Of a stretch of DNA of 64,000 nucleotides, positions 40,806 through 51,423 are shown piece after piece. The DNA is taken from the NCBI GenBank assembly GCA_963772725.1, contig CAVYYI010000002.1, positions 384,001 to 448,000 on the forward strand, read 5' to 3'. Under the pieces are notes generated by a model. It saw only the letters and a program-made list of their open reading frames with translations, did no database searches and had not been told where the DNA came from. Source of the stretch: an uncultured Phycisphaerales bacterium (lineage in GTDB: Bacteria; Planctomycetota; Phycisphaerae; Sedimentisphaerales; Anaerobacaceae). Numbering within the stretch: position 1 is the stretch's first letter; each line of letters opens with the position of its first letter. The translations under genes were made by a program, and so were the position numbers.

Positions 40806-41268
40806 TATCCTATACCCTACGCCCGGTAGCATATGTTTATTTGCGAGCTTCGATAAGACAGTTTTTATATCTCAGTAGTATCAATACTTTAAGCAAAGAG
40901 AGTGCATTTTACGCGTCAAATCGATCGTTTAAGGCTATGGTATTGTTTATTGTTTTTGGTCTAGCATACCGCCGACTATATCGATCGTTCTCGCTTTGTT
41001 ACAGCTATTAGAAAACAATTGCCTTTATAAATTTTTCTCACTACTTTCAAGTAATTATACCCTCAAATCCAACCACTTCACATCCCATTATCTCTTACGC
41101 ATAAACTTCACATACACATCCGGCATATCTTTAAACAGTTATATAGTATTTATACCGGTTTAACATATTATTGACACGGCCGGTTATCTCTAATATAATT
41201 TGTTGAAACTCTTGCGGTATATTATAGTAAACTTTCAGGCAGATACATAAAACTTAAGGCCTCAAATT

Positions 41269-43063
41269 ATGGTTGAGACAGTTTTGAGATTAAGAGCCTA
41301 TCCGAATAACCCCTAAATAGCCGATATAAACAAAGGCAAAGGTGCCTTTGAAAGGATTCAGAAACGGAAAAGCAGAAAACAAAAAGTAGATACAGGATTT
41401 CAGACGAATTATGGGAAAAGATCGAGCCATTGATACCGAAACATACGAATACCCATCGTTTTGGCGGTGGCAGACCAAGAGTGCCGGATCGCAAGGCAAT
41501 GGACGGGATTCTTTTTGTGTTACGAACCGGCTGTCAATGGAACGCCTTGAATGAAACCGGCATCTGCTCAAGCAGCACAGCCCATTCACGATTTCAGGAA
41601 TGGACAAAAGCCGGAGTTTTTCTGAAACTATGGAAGATAGCTCTGGAAGATTATGATGAACTGAAAGGTATTGACTGGTCGTGGCAATCGATGGATGGCG
41701 CCATGACAAAGGCCCCGCTTGGCGGGGGAAAAAACCGGCCCAAACCCTACGGACAGGGCTAAAAAAGGTGTTAAACGCAGTTTGCTTACCGAAGGCTCTG
41801 GTGTGCCGGTTGGTCTTGCGATTGATGGCGCTAATCGGCATGATTGCAAAATGACAAAGGCTACTATAAAAAGTATTCCGGTCAAACGGCCAAAGCCGAC
41901 TAAAAGGAAAAAGCAAGGTATGTGTCTTGATAAGGGTTATGATTCTGGTGAGGTACGAGACTTGGTGAAAGAATTTGGCTATACCGCTCATATTCGTTCG
42001 CGCGGCGAAGAAGCACAGGCGATTAAACATAAGACCGGATTCAAGGCTCGCCGCTGGGTTGTAGAGCGGACTCATAGCTGGATGAACCGCTTTCGCCGCA
42101 TATTGACGCGTTGGGAAAAGAAACCTGAAAATTATTTGGCTCTGCTTCATTTTGTCTGTGCCGTAATTACGTTTCGTTGTGCAGGGTTATTCGGATAGGC
42201 TCTAAGTCTTGTTGGGAATTTTTTCTTCTACTGGTGGTTATTGACGAAATCCTGCCTTTTGAGGAGATTGCCGATACTAAGGAACTCATCAAACAACATA
42301 TTTCCGCAAGGTGTGGTCTCTGTTATTATAGCTGTTCGTAATGAAGCCCCAAATATAGTTAAATGTGTTCAGCAATTTACAAATTTACAGGCTGTCCGTC
42401 AAATAATAGTAGTTGACGATCATTCATCTGATAATACTATGAATATTTTAACCAGTCTGGCTGGCCTGAATCCCAAACTTACTGTTTTATCCTCTCCTTT
42501 ATTGCCGGATGGATGGACGGGGAAAAGCCATGCTCTGTACTGCGGCTCACATAGTGTTAATACACCATATATTCTCTTTACTGACGCCGATGTGGCTATA
42601 GATGAGGCTACAATGAACGCCGCGGTAAGACAAATGGAATTTAGCGGTTTGGACCATCTTAGCGGCCATTTCAAAATCGAGTGTGTTTCTTTTGGCGAAA
42701 AACTTTGTGCGCCGGTAATGGCTGTAAGTTCGTCAATCTCCTTGTTTCATGCCTCGGCCGGGCAGGGTGCCGGCACCGGAGCTTTTAATCTTGTTAAGAC
42801 GGATTTTTATCAGCGGATTGGGGGTCATTTGCCAATAAAGAGCGCTATTGTTGATGATGTCTCTTTGGCGAAACTCGTCAGGCAAAAAGGTGGACGTAGC
42901 ATGTTTTTTGACCTTTCTGACGGTATTTTGGTAAGGCTATTCTCCGGAATCAGTGGTTTTTGGGCAGCTGTAACACGATCTTCTCAGGCGTATTTAGGCT
43001 CTGACCTGGCAATCGGTATTTTAGGGGGTATCGGTGTATTTCTGGCGGCTATTTTTACAGTGG
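41269..43063 (+). pseudogene. Family 2 glycosyltransferase (HpnB/CrtQ-like), split by IS5 at codon 9 and truncated by IS21
   Basis: SVIIAVRNE, VDDHSSD, GWTGK, FTDAD; the frame rejoins when the IS and one TAA are removed. Confidence 0.82.
41294..42202 (+). mobile_element. IS5-family element (two ORFs, -1 frameshift)
   Basis: IRs GAGCCTATCCGAATAACCC / GGGTTATTCGGATAGGCTC; TAA duplication; GGGGAAAAAA slip site; ORFs 41430..41762 and 41719..42198. Confidence 0.93.
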
Positions 43064-43166
43064 TGATCAGCGACAATTATTCTTACCTTCCGGCGACAGT
43101 TAAAAGTTCCGGATGAATTAAAGTTGGAATATGCTATCTGAAACTCATTAAGTCAGGAGATTTCAG

Positions 43167-44654
43167 ATGGTTAAAGACAAACAGGTAAGGAGATTGTTCG
43201 CTATGAAAAACAAATGCAAGACCTTATATCAGCTTGCAGACAAGGCTGGTATAAGCACTAAAACCGCCCGCAAGTATTTAAAAACGGGCGTGCTGCCCAG
43301 CCAATGCCAAGCTATCCACGACTGGCCCACCCATCCGGATGCCTTTGCAGGGGATTGGCCATGGGTTGAAGAATTCCTCAAAAACAACTCCGGTCTTGAA
43401 TCTAAATCGCTTTTTGAGGCTCTGCAGCGTGAATATCCCGGTAAATACCAGGACAGCGAATTAAGAACCTTCCAGAGACGAGTAAAACAATGGAAAGCCT
43501 TGTCCGGTCCGGCTCAGGAAGTGTTTTTTCCACAAATCTATAAACCCGGCCAATGGTGCGAATCAGACTTTACCAGGATGAATAAGCTGGGTATCACCAT
43601 TTGCGGCATACCTTTTATTCACATGCTGTACCATTTTGTATTGTGTTTGTCGAACTGGGAAACCGTCACGGTATGTTTTTCAGAAAGCTATGAAAGTTTA
43701 AGTGCCGGTATTCAAAATGCCCTCTGGAAGTTAGGCGGCATACCACGCTATCATAGGACTGATAATTTAACCTGTGCGGTTAACAAGGTAGGCAATCCTG
43801 AGGAATTCACGGCTAACTATCAGGGTCTTGCGAATCATTATGGTTTCCAAAGCTGTAAAATCCAGCCTCACTGTCCGAATGAAAACGGCGATATAGAGCA
43901 GCGTCATCACAGGTTAAAGAGAGCTGTTGAACAGGCGTTAATCCTTAGAGGAAGCAGAGATTTTAACAGCAGGAAAGATTATGAAATGTTTCTTGAAAAG
44001 CTGCTCAACCAACTCAATACCGGCCGCACAAAACTCTTGGCCGAAGAGTTAAAGGTTCTGCGGCAATTGCCAACCCGCAGGCATGAAGATTTCACCAGGG
44101 ATAAATGCAGGGTAAGTCGTGGCTGCACGGTCCGAGTTCTTAAGAACAGCTATTCTGTTCACAGCAGGCTTAGGGGAGAAAATGTTGACGTTCGAATATA
44201 TGCCGAACATATCGAAGTCTGGTATGCTCAAAGAAGAATTGAAGTATTGCCCAGATTACACGGTGAAAACGGTCATTACATCAATTACCGCCACGTTATA
44301 GATACCCTTGTTCGCAAACCCGGGGCGTTTGAGAACTATTGCTATAAAGATGATATGTTTCCCACAAGTCAGTTCAGGATCGCATATGATCTCCTGCGTG
44401 ATCAACATGGGATGAAGCAGGGTAATAAGCAGTATCTGAAAATTCTTGAATTAGCTGCCAACGAAAGCCAGACATCTGTCAATGAAGCTTTGCGGTTCCT
44501 GATCAACCATGCAGATGCGATTGATTTTGATATGGTAGAACAAATAGTCAAATCCGAACAACAGCCGCCGGATGTCACTGACGTTTGTGTTGGCGATATT
44601 GATCTGAACAGTTATGACTGTCTACTTGAATCGGCGGAGGCACTACTGGTATGA
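43167..44654 (+). CDS. istA: IS21 transposase IstA
   Basis: HTH, ESDFT, RTDN, ENGDIE, YSVH. Confidence 0.93.
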   Translation: MVKDKQVRRLFAMKNKCKTLYQLADKAGISTKTARKYLKTGVLPSQCQAIHDWPTHPDAFAGDWPWVEEFLKNNSGLESKSLFEALQREYPGKYQDSELRTFQRRVKQWKALSGPAQEVFFPQIYKPGQWCESDFTRMNKLGITICGIPFIHMLYHFVLCLSNWETVTVCFSESYESLSAGIQNALWKLGGIPRYHRTDNLTCAVNKVGNPEEFTANYQGLANHYGFQSCKIQPHCPNENGDIEQRHHRLKRAVEQALILRGSRDFNSRKDYEMFLEKLLNQLNTGRTKLLAEELKVLRQLPTRRHEDFTRDKCRVSRGCTVRVLKNSYSVHSRLRGENVDVRIYAEHIEVWYAQRRIEVLPRLHGENGHYINYRHVIDTLVRKPGAFENYCYKDDMFPTSQFRIAYDLLRDQHGMKQGNKQYLKILELAANESQTSVNEALRFLINHADAIDFDMVEQIVKSEQQPPDVTDVCVGDIDLNSYDCLLESAEALLV

Positions 44655-45415
44655 GTAAAAATGATCTGGATAATCAGCTTGTAAACCTTCTCAAAGAACT
44701 TCACCTGCCGATGTTCCGTGAATATTACGCCGAGTTCGCTCAGAAGGCTATCGCCGAAGATATGGGTTATTCACAATATCTATTGGAATTGGCTCAGCGT
44801 GAGTGTGATGTTCGCAGAGCCAATAAAATCGCAAGGCTGGTAAAAGCCTCAAAGCTTCCTATGGAAAAGACCATGGCAAACTTTGATTTTAAACGTATGC
44901 CGTTGAAGATACGTCAGCAGGTCAAAATTCTTTTGGAAGGTTCATTTGTTGACAGAACAGAGAATATTCTTGCATTTGGCAAACCCGGCAGCGGTAAGAC
45001 ACATTTACTGTGTGGTATCTGTCATGAACTTGCCCGGCAGGGAAAAAAGGTTTACTTTACTACGTGTGATATGATGTTGCAGGAGTTATTACGAGCCAAG
45101 CAGGAGTTGAAGCTGGACAAATGGCTCAAGAAGCTGTCACAGTACGAGGCATTGATGATAGATGACTTCGGCTATGTCAAACAGAACCGCGAGGAGATGG
45201 AGGTGCTGTTTACCTTATTAGCTCATTGTTATGAACGTGGCAGCGTGTTGATTACCAGCAATCTGCCGTTCAGTAAATGGGAAGTCATCTTTAAGGATCC
45301 GATGACCACTGCAGCAGCGATCGACCGGCTGGTACATCATAGTGTGATCCTTGAATTGAATGTACCGAGCTACCGAGCTGAGGAAGCTCAGAGACGGAAA
45401 AATAAGGACACGTAA
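44651..45415 (+). CDS. istB: IS21 helper ATPase IstB
   Basis: Walker A/B, ITSN, AAIDRLVHH. Confidence 0.95.
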   Translation: MSKNDLDNQLVNLLKELHLPMFREYYAEFAQKAIAEDMGYSQYLLELAQRECDVRRANKIARLVKASKLPMEKTMANFDFKRMPLKIRQQVKILLEGSFVDRTENILAFGKPGSGKTHLLCGICHELARQGKKVYFTTCDMMLQELLRAKQELKLDKWLKKLSQYEALMIDDFGYVKQNREEMEVLFTLLAHCYERGSVLITSNLPFSKWEVIFKDPMTTAAAIDRLVHHSVILELNVPSYRAEEAQRRKNKDT

Positions 45416-45534
45416 TGTCCGAAATTTTGCCCCCCATGGGGGGCACCTCCTAAAGGCTATAAGCTAAGGTAAGTGTTATGAAGTAACGGTAAAAATAACT
45501 GTCGTTGAAGGGAAATTATAATTGACGCCGGACA

Positions 45535-46411
45535 GATCGGGCTGCGGTGACGTGAATGTTCGATCTGACAGACATTTTTGAGTGTGTCATTGACCGTTTC
45601 AATCAATGAACGCTTTCGCAGCAGGATTTTATCCTCCAACTCCATCAAACGGCATTTCATATTTCCGCGCATATTGGTTACCAGCTTAATTCCCTTGGCC
45701 AACAGTTTTTCAAACAGGCTCTGGCTGATGTAACCCTTGTCGCCAAATAGCTTTCCGAACAGGCCGTCGGCCATTGTCTCCACCGTGCTGCGATCATCGA
45801 CATTACCTGCTGTCAGGCGGCAGCCCAATAAACCGCCGCGGTCATTAATGATCAGATGCAATTTAAAGCCAAAAAACCAGCCCATCGTTGTTTTACCTAT
45901 TTGAGCAAGCCCGTCGAAAACACGGTTGCGGCTGATGCGTTTATTATGACAGACTTTAAGTGCGGTGCTGTCAATAAAAGAAATACCCGTGGGCTCATCC
46001 ATGCCATCGGTTTGCAAATATACAAGCAGCGGGATTATTGCCCTTGGTATCAGATAAACAAAGCGGTCGTAGCTGACCATATCGGGAAAATCATGGCGGT
46101 GATGGGCAAGAAGGTAGTGATAGAAATCCTTGAAAGTGCGATAGCCGCTGGTTTGGAAGGCAATAAGAATAGTCATGATCTCGCTGGTACTTAAGTTGCC
46201 TTGCCTGTTGCGTTTACGTGTTCCATCTTCTATGAGGTGCTTTACATACATTTTTTCAAAAGCTTTCCAACAATCATCGACATTCACAAATAATGTGGTA
46301 AAATCCGCTGTCATACGGCCTCCTTGCCTGCTTGGTTAATAATATTTACAAAACTATTATTTCCATCGGCAGGTTGGCCGTTTTTCTTGTATCCTTATCC
46401 AAAGTTCAGGT
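45535..46411 (-). mobile_element. IS982-family element, 3' end truncated by IS21
   Basis: Transposase from 46314: IDST, GWFFGFKLH, GDKGYIS, RSLIETV; left end ACCTGAACTTTGGATAAG. Confidence 0.88.
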
Positions 46412-46984
46412 TTTAAATACTTTACTTTCATAAAATTTAAATATTCTCGAAACTTTACCATCTGATAAACTCAAGGCAATAAGATTTCCATTTATGTCAA
46501 TAGTCAGTATCTCATTGTTTTAAGACCACCATATCAATGGACTTTCCAAATATTTATATTCAATTTGCCTAACCTTCTTTCCCGTAACTCGGTCAAATAA
46601 ATAACAATATCTATCTGTTGCAATACATACTAACTTATCTATAAAAAGAAATTCGCTGCTGCTATATGTGTCCAGTTTTTTCTCCCACAGCAAAGAACCG
46701 TTCTGAGGATTTATGCAACATATTTTGCCTTCATTGGTTATTATATTCCAGAGGTCGCCATAAAATAAGTCTTCATGTATAGCAATCCCGCGAGGATCCA
46801 TATCTACTTTTAAAGTCCATTTTTCCTCGAACTTATTGTCGCTATAACATCTAAATGAATTGTTTTGAATCCCCAGCGTTGTATTGCGATAATGTGAGCA
46901 AATAAGCATATTAGAAAACTCAACTGATTCAAGTATCTTCAACGGGAAGTTGTAATAAGCATCTATATGTAATTTATCGCACAT
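46412..46984 (-). pseudogene. PQQ-like beta-propeller gene fragment with an in-frame stop, cut by IS982
   Basis: CINPQNGSLLW and FDRVTGK repeats; frame continues past TAA as NNEILTIDINGNLIALSLSDGK. Confidence 0.6.
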
Positions 46985-47069
46985 GTTCTCTTCTTATTCG
47001 GTATCTTCAAGATACCATCCAATTTTTCTTTAATATCGCTATACAATAAATATTTCAAAAGCTTTTTCA

Positions 47070-47675
47070 CCCCCAGGCGAACCTGCGGGCTAATCTGTTT
47101 TATTGTGGCGGCGAACATATTCAATCTTTTGTTTGAGTTGTTCTTCATTGAAGCAGAACCGCTTATCAAAGCCGCGCGTCCATATCTGTTTTGTTAAACC
47201 AGTTTTTTTCAGGGCGCTGGTCGTCACATTTTTATATCGAGACACCGTATTCTCTATCGATTCAATGCCCGAACCAGTTACAAGATGAACATGGTTTGAG
47301 TAAACTGTTAATGCCAGTATATGCTGCCCAATTCGCTGAGACTCCTTAAGTATAACATCTTCGACAACTTTTTTCTGTTCCGCAGTCAATCGAACTGCCT
47401 CAGATTTTTGCTGTTTCCTGTTTGCCTCTTCGAGATTTGCATCCGCCTGTAATTTCTTGCCATCTCGTACATATCCTCTCATATCGCCTTGAAGCCATGT
47501 CCCGTAAGTCGTCCATGTTATCATATACCCAATCATTTTTTCCATAAGATAATGGTATCTTAGAAATTGCGAAACACAAGTTTAGCCCCGAAGCCTGCTT
47601 CGGGGTTGTTTAGCCCTCAAGCCAGCTTGAGGGTTTATCTCATTATTCACCCGCAGGCGGGCCTGCGGGCTAAAC
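47070..47675. repeat. Four REP palindromes G(T/A)TTAG + 9-bp stem (47070..47095 -, 47580..47605 +, 47608..47633 +, 47650..47675 -)
   Basis: CCCCGAAGC/GCTTCGGGG, CCCTCAAGC/GCTTGAGGG, CCCGCAGGC/GCCTGCGGG stems with 2-nt loops. Confidence 0.88.
47090..47545 (-). CDS. REP-associated tyrosine transposase (RAYT, Y1/HUH)
   Basis: YMITWTTYGTWL.GD, NHVHLV (HUH), IEYV catalytic Tyr; flanked by REPs. Confidence 0.85.
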   Translation of the reverse strand: MEKMIGYMITWTTYGTWLQGDMRGYVRDGKKLQADANLEEANRKQQKSEAVRLTAEQKKVVEDVILKESQRIGQHILALTVYSNHVHLVTGSGIESIENTVSRYKNVTTSALKKTGLTKQIWTRGFDKRFCFNEEQLKQKIEYVRRHNKTD

Positions 47676-47690
47676 AATCAAATGTAACGG

Positions 47691-48974
47691 TCATTTTTCC
47701 AGTGCGATTAAATCTTCATAAGTTTCACGTTTTCGGATGATGGAAAACTTGTCACCGTCAACGAGGCACTTCCGCGGCGCGGCCGCGGGCGTTATAGTTG
47801 CTGCTCATACTAAAACCATACGCCCCTGCGGTAAAGACGCAAAGCAAATCGCCGCGACCTACGGGAGGTAATGCCCTGTCTTTGGCAAGAAAATCAGCTC
47901 CTTCGCATATCGGCCCAACCACATCAATAACCTCAGTCCCCGGCAACTGCAAATCTTTAGCACGATGACTCGGAATGAATTTTTCAGGAACATCGGCAGG
48001 CCAGATAAAATGGAATGCCCCATATAACGGCGGACGAATCAAATCATTCATACCGGCATCGACGATGACAAACTTCTTTTCGCCGCCTTTTTTAAGATAA
48101 AGCGCCTTCGTCAGCAGAATCGCGGCATTAGCAGCGATACTTGCCCCGGGTTCAAGAATAAGTTTAAGATTTTTCCCTTTTAATAAAGGCACTATCACGG
48201 CGGCATAATCAGCGGCACTTGGCGATGTGCCCGTTACATAATCCGCCCCGTATCCGCCGCCTATATCAAGGGCTTCGATTGTAAAGCCGCTGCGGCGTAG
48301 TTTTTCAATCAGGGCAAGGATTTTTTGAATCGCCTCAACATACGGCTCAACCGTATGGCCTGCTGAACCGAGATGGATATGGATTGCGCACAGATGGACA
48401 TCACTGTTTCTTCCGTAATCAGCAAAAACCTTTTGCGCCCGTTCGATATCAACTCCGAACTTCGTCTCCTTCTTGCCGGTCGTCGTGTATGCGTGCGTCT
48501 GCGGGTCAACATCCGGATTAACGCGCAAAGCGGCTTTCGGCAGTTTTTTAAGACCAGGGCTTTTCGCAAGGCCAATGAGATTTTCGAGTTCCGCCTCCGA
48601 CTCGATATTGAAATAGCCTATATTGGCATTCAGTGCTTCGCTGATTTCCTTATCGGTTTTGCCTACACCCGCATAAACAACCTTAGATGGATTTACCCCC
48701 GCCTGCAAAGCCCGATACAACTCACCCCCGCTGACTATATCGAAACCGCTGCCGCCTGCGCCATGAATTTTAGAATATTTATATTTCCGCAGGCCTTGAC
48801 GGAATAGCAAACCATCGTATCAAGTGCCTCGTAGGCCTTGTGTACCTTCCCGAGATGCTCTAAAAAAGTGGCTTTGCTGTAAATATACACCGGCGTGCCG
48901 ACTTCGGCTGCGATTTTTTCCACCGCCACATCTTCCGCGAATAACTTACCCTGTCTATAATTGAAATAATCCAT
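47691..48974 (-). CDS. lysA: Diaminopimelate decarboxylase (two apparent indels near 48761 and 47766)
   Basis: GTPVYIYS, YSVKA, HIHLGS, DIGGG, EPG, GPICE, GAYG.SMSSNYN. Confidence 0.92.
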
Positions 48975-49099
48975 ATCTTTACTCTCACTATTGACTCAGC
49001 CTGTATCTGACGTATAACAGCCGGATAGTATAAGAGTTTTTTTTTATAATTTCAAGAAATAGCCAATCCTTTTTCTAATTTCATTTCCCCATAAAAAAC

Positions 49100-49130
49100 G
49101 GAAGGCTTCATTATAATAATGAAGCCTTCC
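49100..49130. terminator. Perfect 15-bp inverted repeat, terminator of the Lys-rich gene
   Basis: GGAAGGCTTCATTAT-A-ATAATGAAGCCTTCC with A6 upstream and T-run downstream. Confidence 0.8.
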
Positions 49131-49151
49131 ATTTTCGCTAACATGTTGTGC

Positions 49152-49235
49152 CTATCTCTTTTTCTTCTTTGCGACTTTCTTTTTCGCTACTTTTTTCTTC
49201 GCGACTTTCTTCTTTGCTGCTTTCTTCTTTGCCAT
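49152..49235 (-). CDS. 27-aa histone H1-like Lys/Ala repeat protein
   Basis: MAKKKAAKKKVAKKKVAKKKVAKKKKR; GAAAGGAG RBS; synonymous variation among repeats. Confidence 0.8.
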   Translation of the reverse strand: MAKKKAAKKKVAKKKVAKKKVAKKKKR

Positions 49236-49736
49236 CTATTGTCTCCTTTCGACTAATAAATTTTTCTTTCCATTTACTTCGTTAATAGACGTCAACAACT
49301 ATTCATTTGTTTTATCGTCCAAAAGTTTGCAAATTCTTCAAAAAAAATTTGCAATCGGCGTTTTTATGACACCTGAAATCACGATTGCATACTTTTGTAA
49401 CAATATCAAACCGCTTGATTTGATGAGACTAATAATTACTAAAACTTAATCACACAAGTTAGGAAAATAATTACTGGTCTTTCAGGTATATTTTAAATAG
49501 ATGTGTTATATTTGTGTTATACGCCTTATACGCCAAGTTTAATTAATGCCGGAAAATCGATTCTGTGTAATGAGATGACTATTAAACTGATGATGCCTTA
49601 TTTTTACACGCGAGCCAAGGCGGGAATTTTTATGAACAAATATTATTTAAAAAATATTTTTTTGTTTGCTAAAATTTTTTAAATTATTTTGCATAATTTA
49701 TATTATTAGCGTTTAATTTATTCACGGAATATTTTT

Positions 49737-50366
49737 ATGGATAAGAAAATAATAGCTCTGTTCGGCGGAACATTTGACCCGATTCATCTCGGTCACACCG
49801 CTATCGCTTCCACCGCCGCTGAGTACATCGGCGCAGATAAAGTTATTTTTATTCCCGCGAAACGCTCGCCGCTGAAAACTTTATTCCCACAGGCCGGCGA
49901 CAACGACCGCAGAGAAATGATAGCTTTCGCAATCGCTGATAATAAAAAATTTGAATTGAGCGATTACGAATTGAATAAGCCGACACCGAGCTATACTTTG
50001 GAAACAGTAAGATATTTCCAGACAGAGTACGGCGGCGGCACTTCGCTTTACTGGCTTATCGGCGCTGATTGTGTAAACGAACTGCCATATTGGCATAGAA
50101 TCGATGAACTGATAGACGAATGTAAACTATCTGTAGTGTACAGGGCGGGCTGCGAAACACCTGACTTCTCAAATTTCGCCGACATCCTGGGCAAAAGCCG
50201 CACAGAAAAACTTCAGCAAAACATCATTCCCACGCCTTTGATTGATATAAGCAGTTCGGAGATAAGAAAACGACTATCATCAGGACTCGATACGGAAAAC
50301 ATGCTCCATCCCGCGGTCACCGAATATATCCGAAAGCACAATTTGTATCGCTCCAAAATCAAATAA
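49737..50366 (+). CDS. nadD: Nicotinate-nucleotide adenylyltransferase
   Basis: FGGTFDPIHLGH, SYT, LIGAD, ISSSEIR. Confidence 0.95.
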   Translation: MDKKIIALFGGTFDPIHLGHTAIASTAAEYIGADKVIFIPAKRSPLKTLFPQAGDNDRREMIAFAIADNKKFELSDYELNKPTPSYTLETVRYFQTEYGGGTSLYWLIGADCVNELPYWHRIDELIDECKLSVVYRAGCETPDFSNFADILGKSRTEKLQQNIIPTPLIDISSSEIRKRLSSGLDTENMLHPAVTEYIRKHNLYRSKIK

Positions 50367-50398
50367 GCAAGGCGGCTTTTCGAGATGCGAGTGACGAA

Positions 50399-51394
50399 TT
50401 ATTCGGCCTTTAATTCCCGCTGCATCAGTTCAGCAATAGCAATCCGCACAGGCTTATTCTCAAACAGTACATGGTAAACCGCCTCAGTGATAGGCATTTC
50501 AACGCCATAACGTCTCGCCAGTGCACAGACCGATTCGCAGGTAGCCGCTCCTTCAATAACCGATTGGGTTACCGCTTGAGCATCTTTTACGCTTTGACCC
50601 TTTCCTATTCTTTCACCGAACGAACGGTTTCTCCCTTTTGGCGATACGCAGGTTGTAACAAGGTCGCCCAGTCCCGTTAATCCCGCGAATGTCTCAGGCT
50701 TTGCCCCCATCGCGACGCCAAGCCTGGTTATCTCCGCAAGCCCCCTGGTTAAAAGACCGGCCTTGGCGTTATCGCCGGCGCCGATACCATCGAGAATTCC
50801 CGCCGCTATCGCGATGACATTTTTCATCGCGCCGGCCAATTCGACACCGACAACATCGGTATTGGTATAAATCCGCAGCCACGGCATGTTGAAAGTTTGC
50901 TGAATTTTTTTGGATAGTTTCATATTGCCGGAAGCGATACAGGCTACAGCCGGAAGTTTTCTCACCAGCTCATCCGCGATGGTCGGCCCGGAAAGAACAA
51001 TGTATTGCGTTTCATCGCCGAGAATATCGGCTAAAATCTGTGTAGGCGTCAGCAGCGTATCATTCTCTATGCCTTTGGCGACAGAAACAATCGGAACATT
51101 CTTAGGCACATAACTTTTCAGCCTGCCCCAGATGCCTCGCATATATTGGCACGGCACCGCTGAAACAATTAAATCCGCCCCCTTCATTATGTTCTTATCA
51201 TTCGTCTCAAAAACAAGCGACGCGGGCAATTTATAACCCGGCAAAAACTTTTTATTCTCACGCACCTGCTCAATCTCTTTCAACTGGGCGGCATCATAAC
51301 CCCACATCCGCGTTTTTATTTTTTTCTCGCACAGCAAAATCGCCAAAACGCTGCTCATCGCTCCATCACCGATTAAAGATATATTTCTAAACAT
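50399..51394 (-). CDS. gpsA: NAD(P)H-dependent glycerol-3-phosphate dehydrogenase
   Basis: AKGIE, LSGP, GAMKNVIAIAAG, GLGDLVTTC, RNR. Confidence 0.95.
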   Translation of the reverse strand: MFRNISLIGDGAMSSVLAILLCEKKIKTRMWGYDAAQLKEIEQVRENKKFLPGYKLPASLVFETNDKNIMKGADLIVSAVPCQYMRGIWGRLKSYVPKNVPIVSVAKGIENDTLLTPTQILADILGDETQYIVLSGPTIADELVRKLPAVACIASGNMKLSKKIQQTFNMPWLRIYTNTDVVGVELAGAMKNVIAIAAGILDGIGAGDNAKAGLLTRGLAEITRLGVAMGAKPETFAGLTGLGDLVTTCVSPKGRNRSFGERIGKGQSVKDAQAVTQSVIEGAATCESVCALARRYGVEMPITEAVYHVLFENKPVRIAIAELMQRELKAE

Positions 51395-51423
51395 GTTTTC
51401 CTTCCCTGAATGACTGTCCTTCT

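Larger units (their letters stand above)
43064..45534 (+). mobile_element. IS21-family element, copy 2 (intact)
   Basis: Same termini as copy 1; intact istA and istB. Confidence 0.95.

Noticed and set aside
24589..41120. dif-like att sites (TTATGTCA near 24605, ACGCATAA near 41097) as element ends
   Set aside because: Spacers and outer arms do not match, so boundaries cannot be fixed by eye
41290..42150. 286-aa minus-strand ORF
   Set aside because: Antisense shadow of the IS5 transposase
49311..49345. Sigma28 promoter for the histone-like gene
   Set aside because: A GACGATAA -10-like motif is present, but the -35 spacing does not fit
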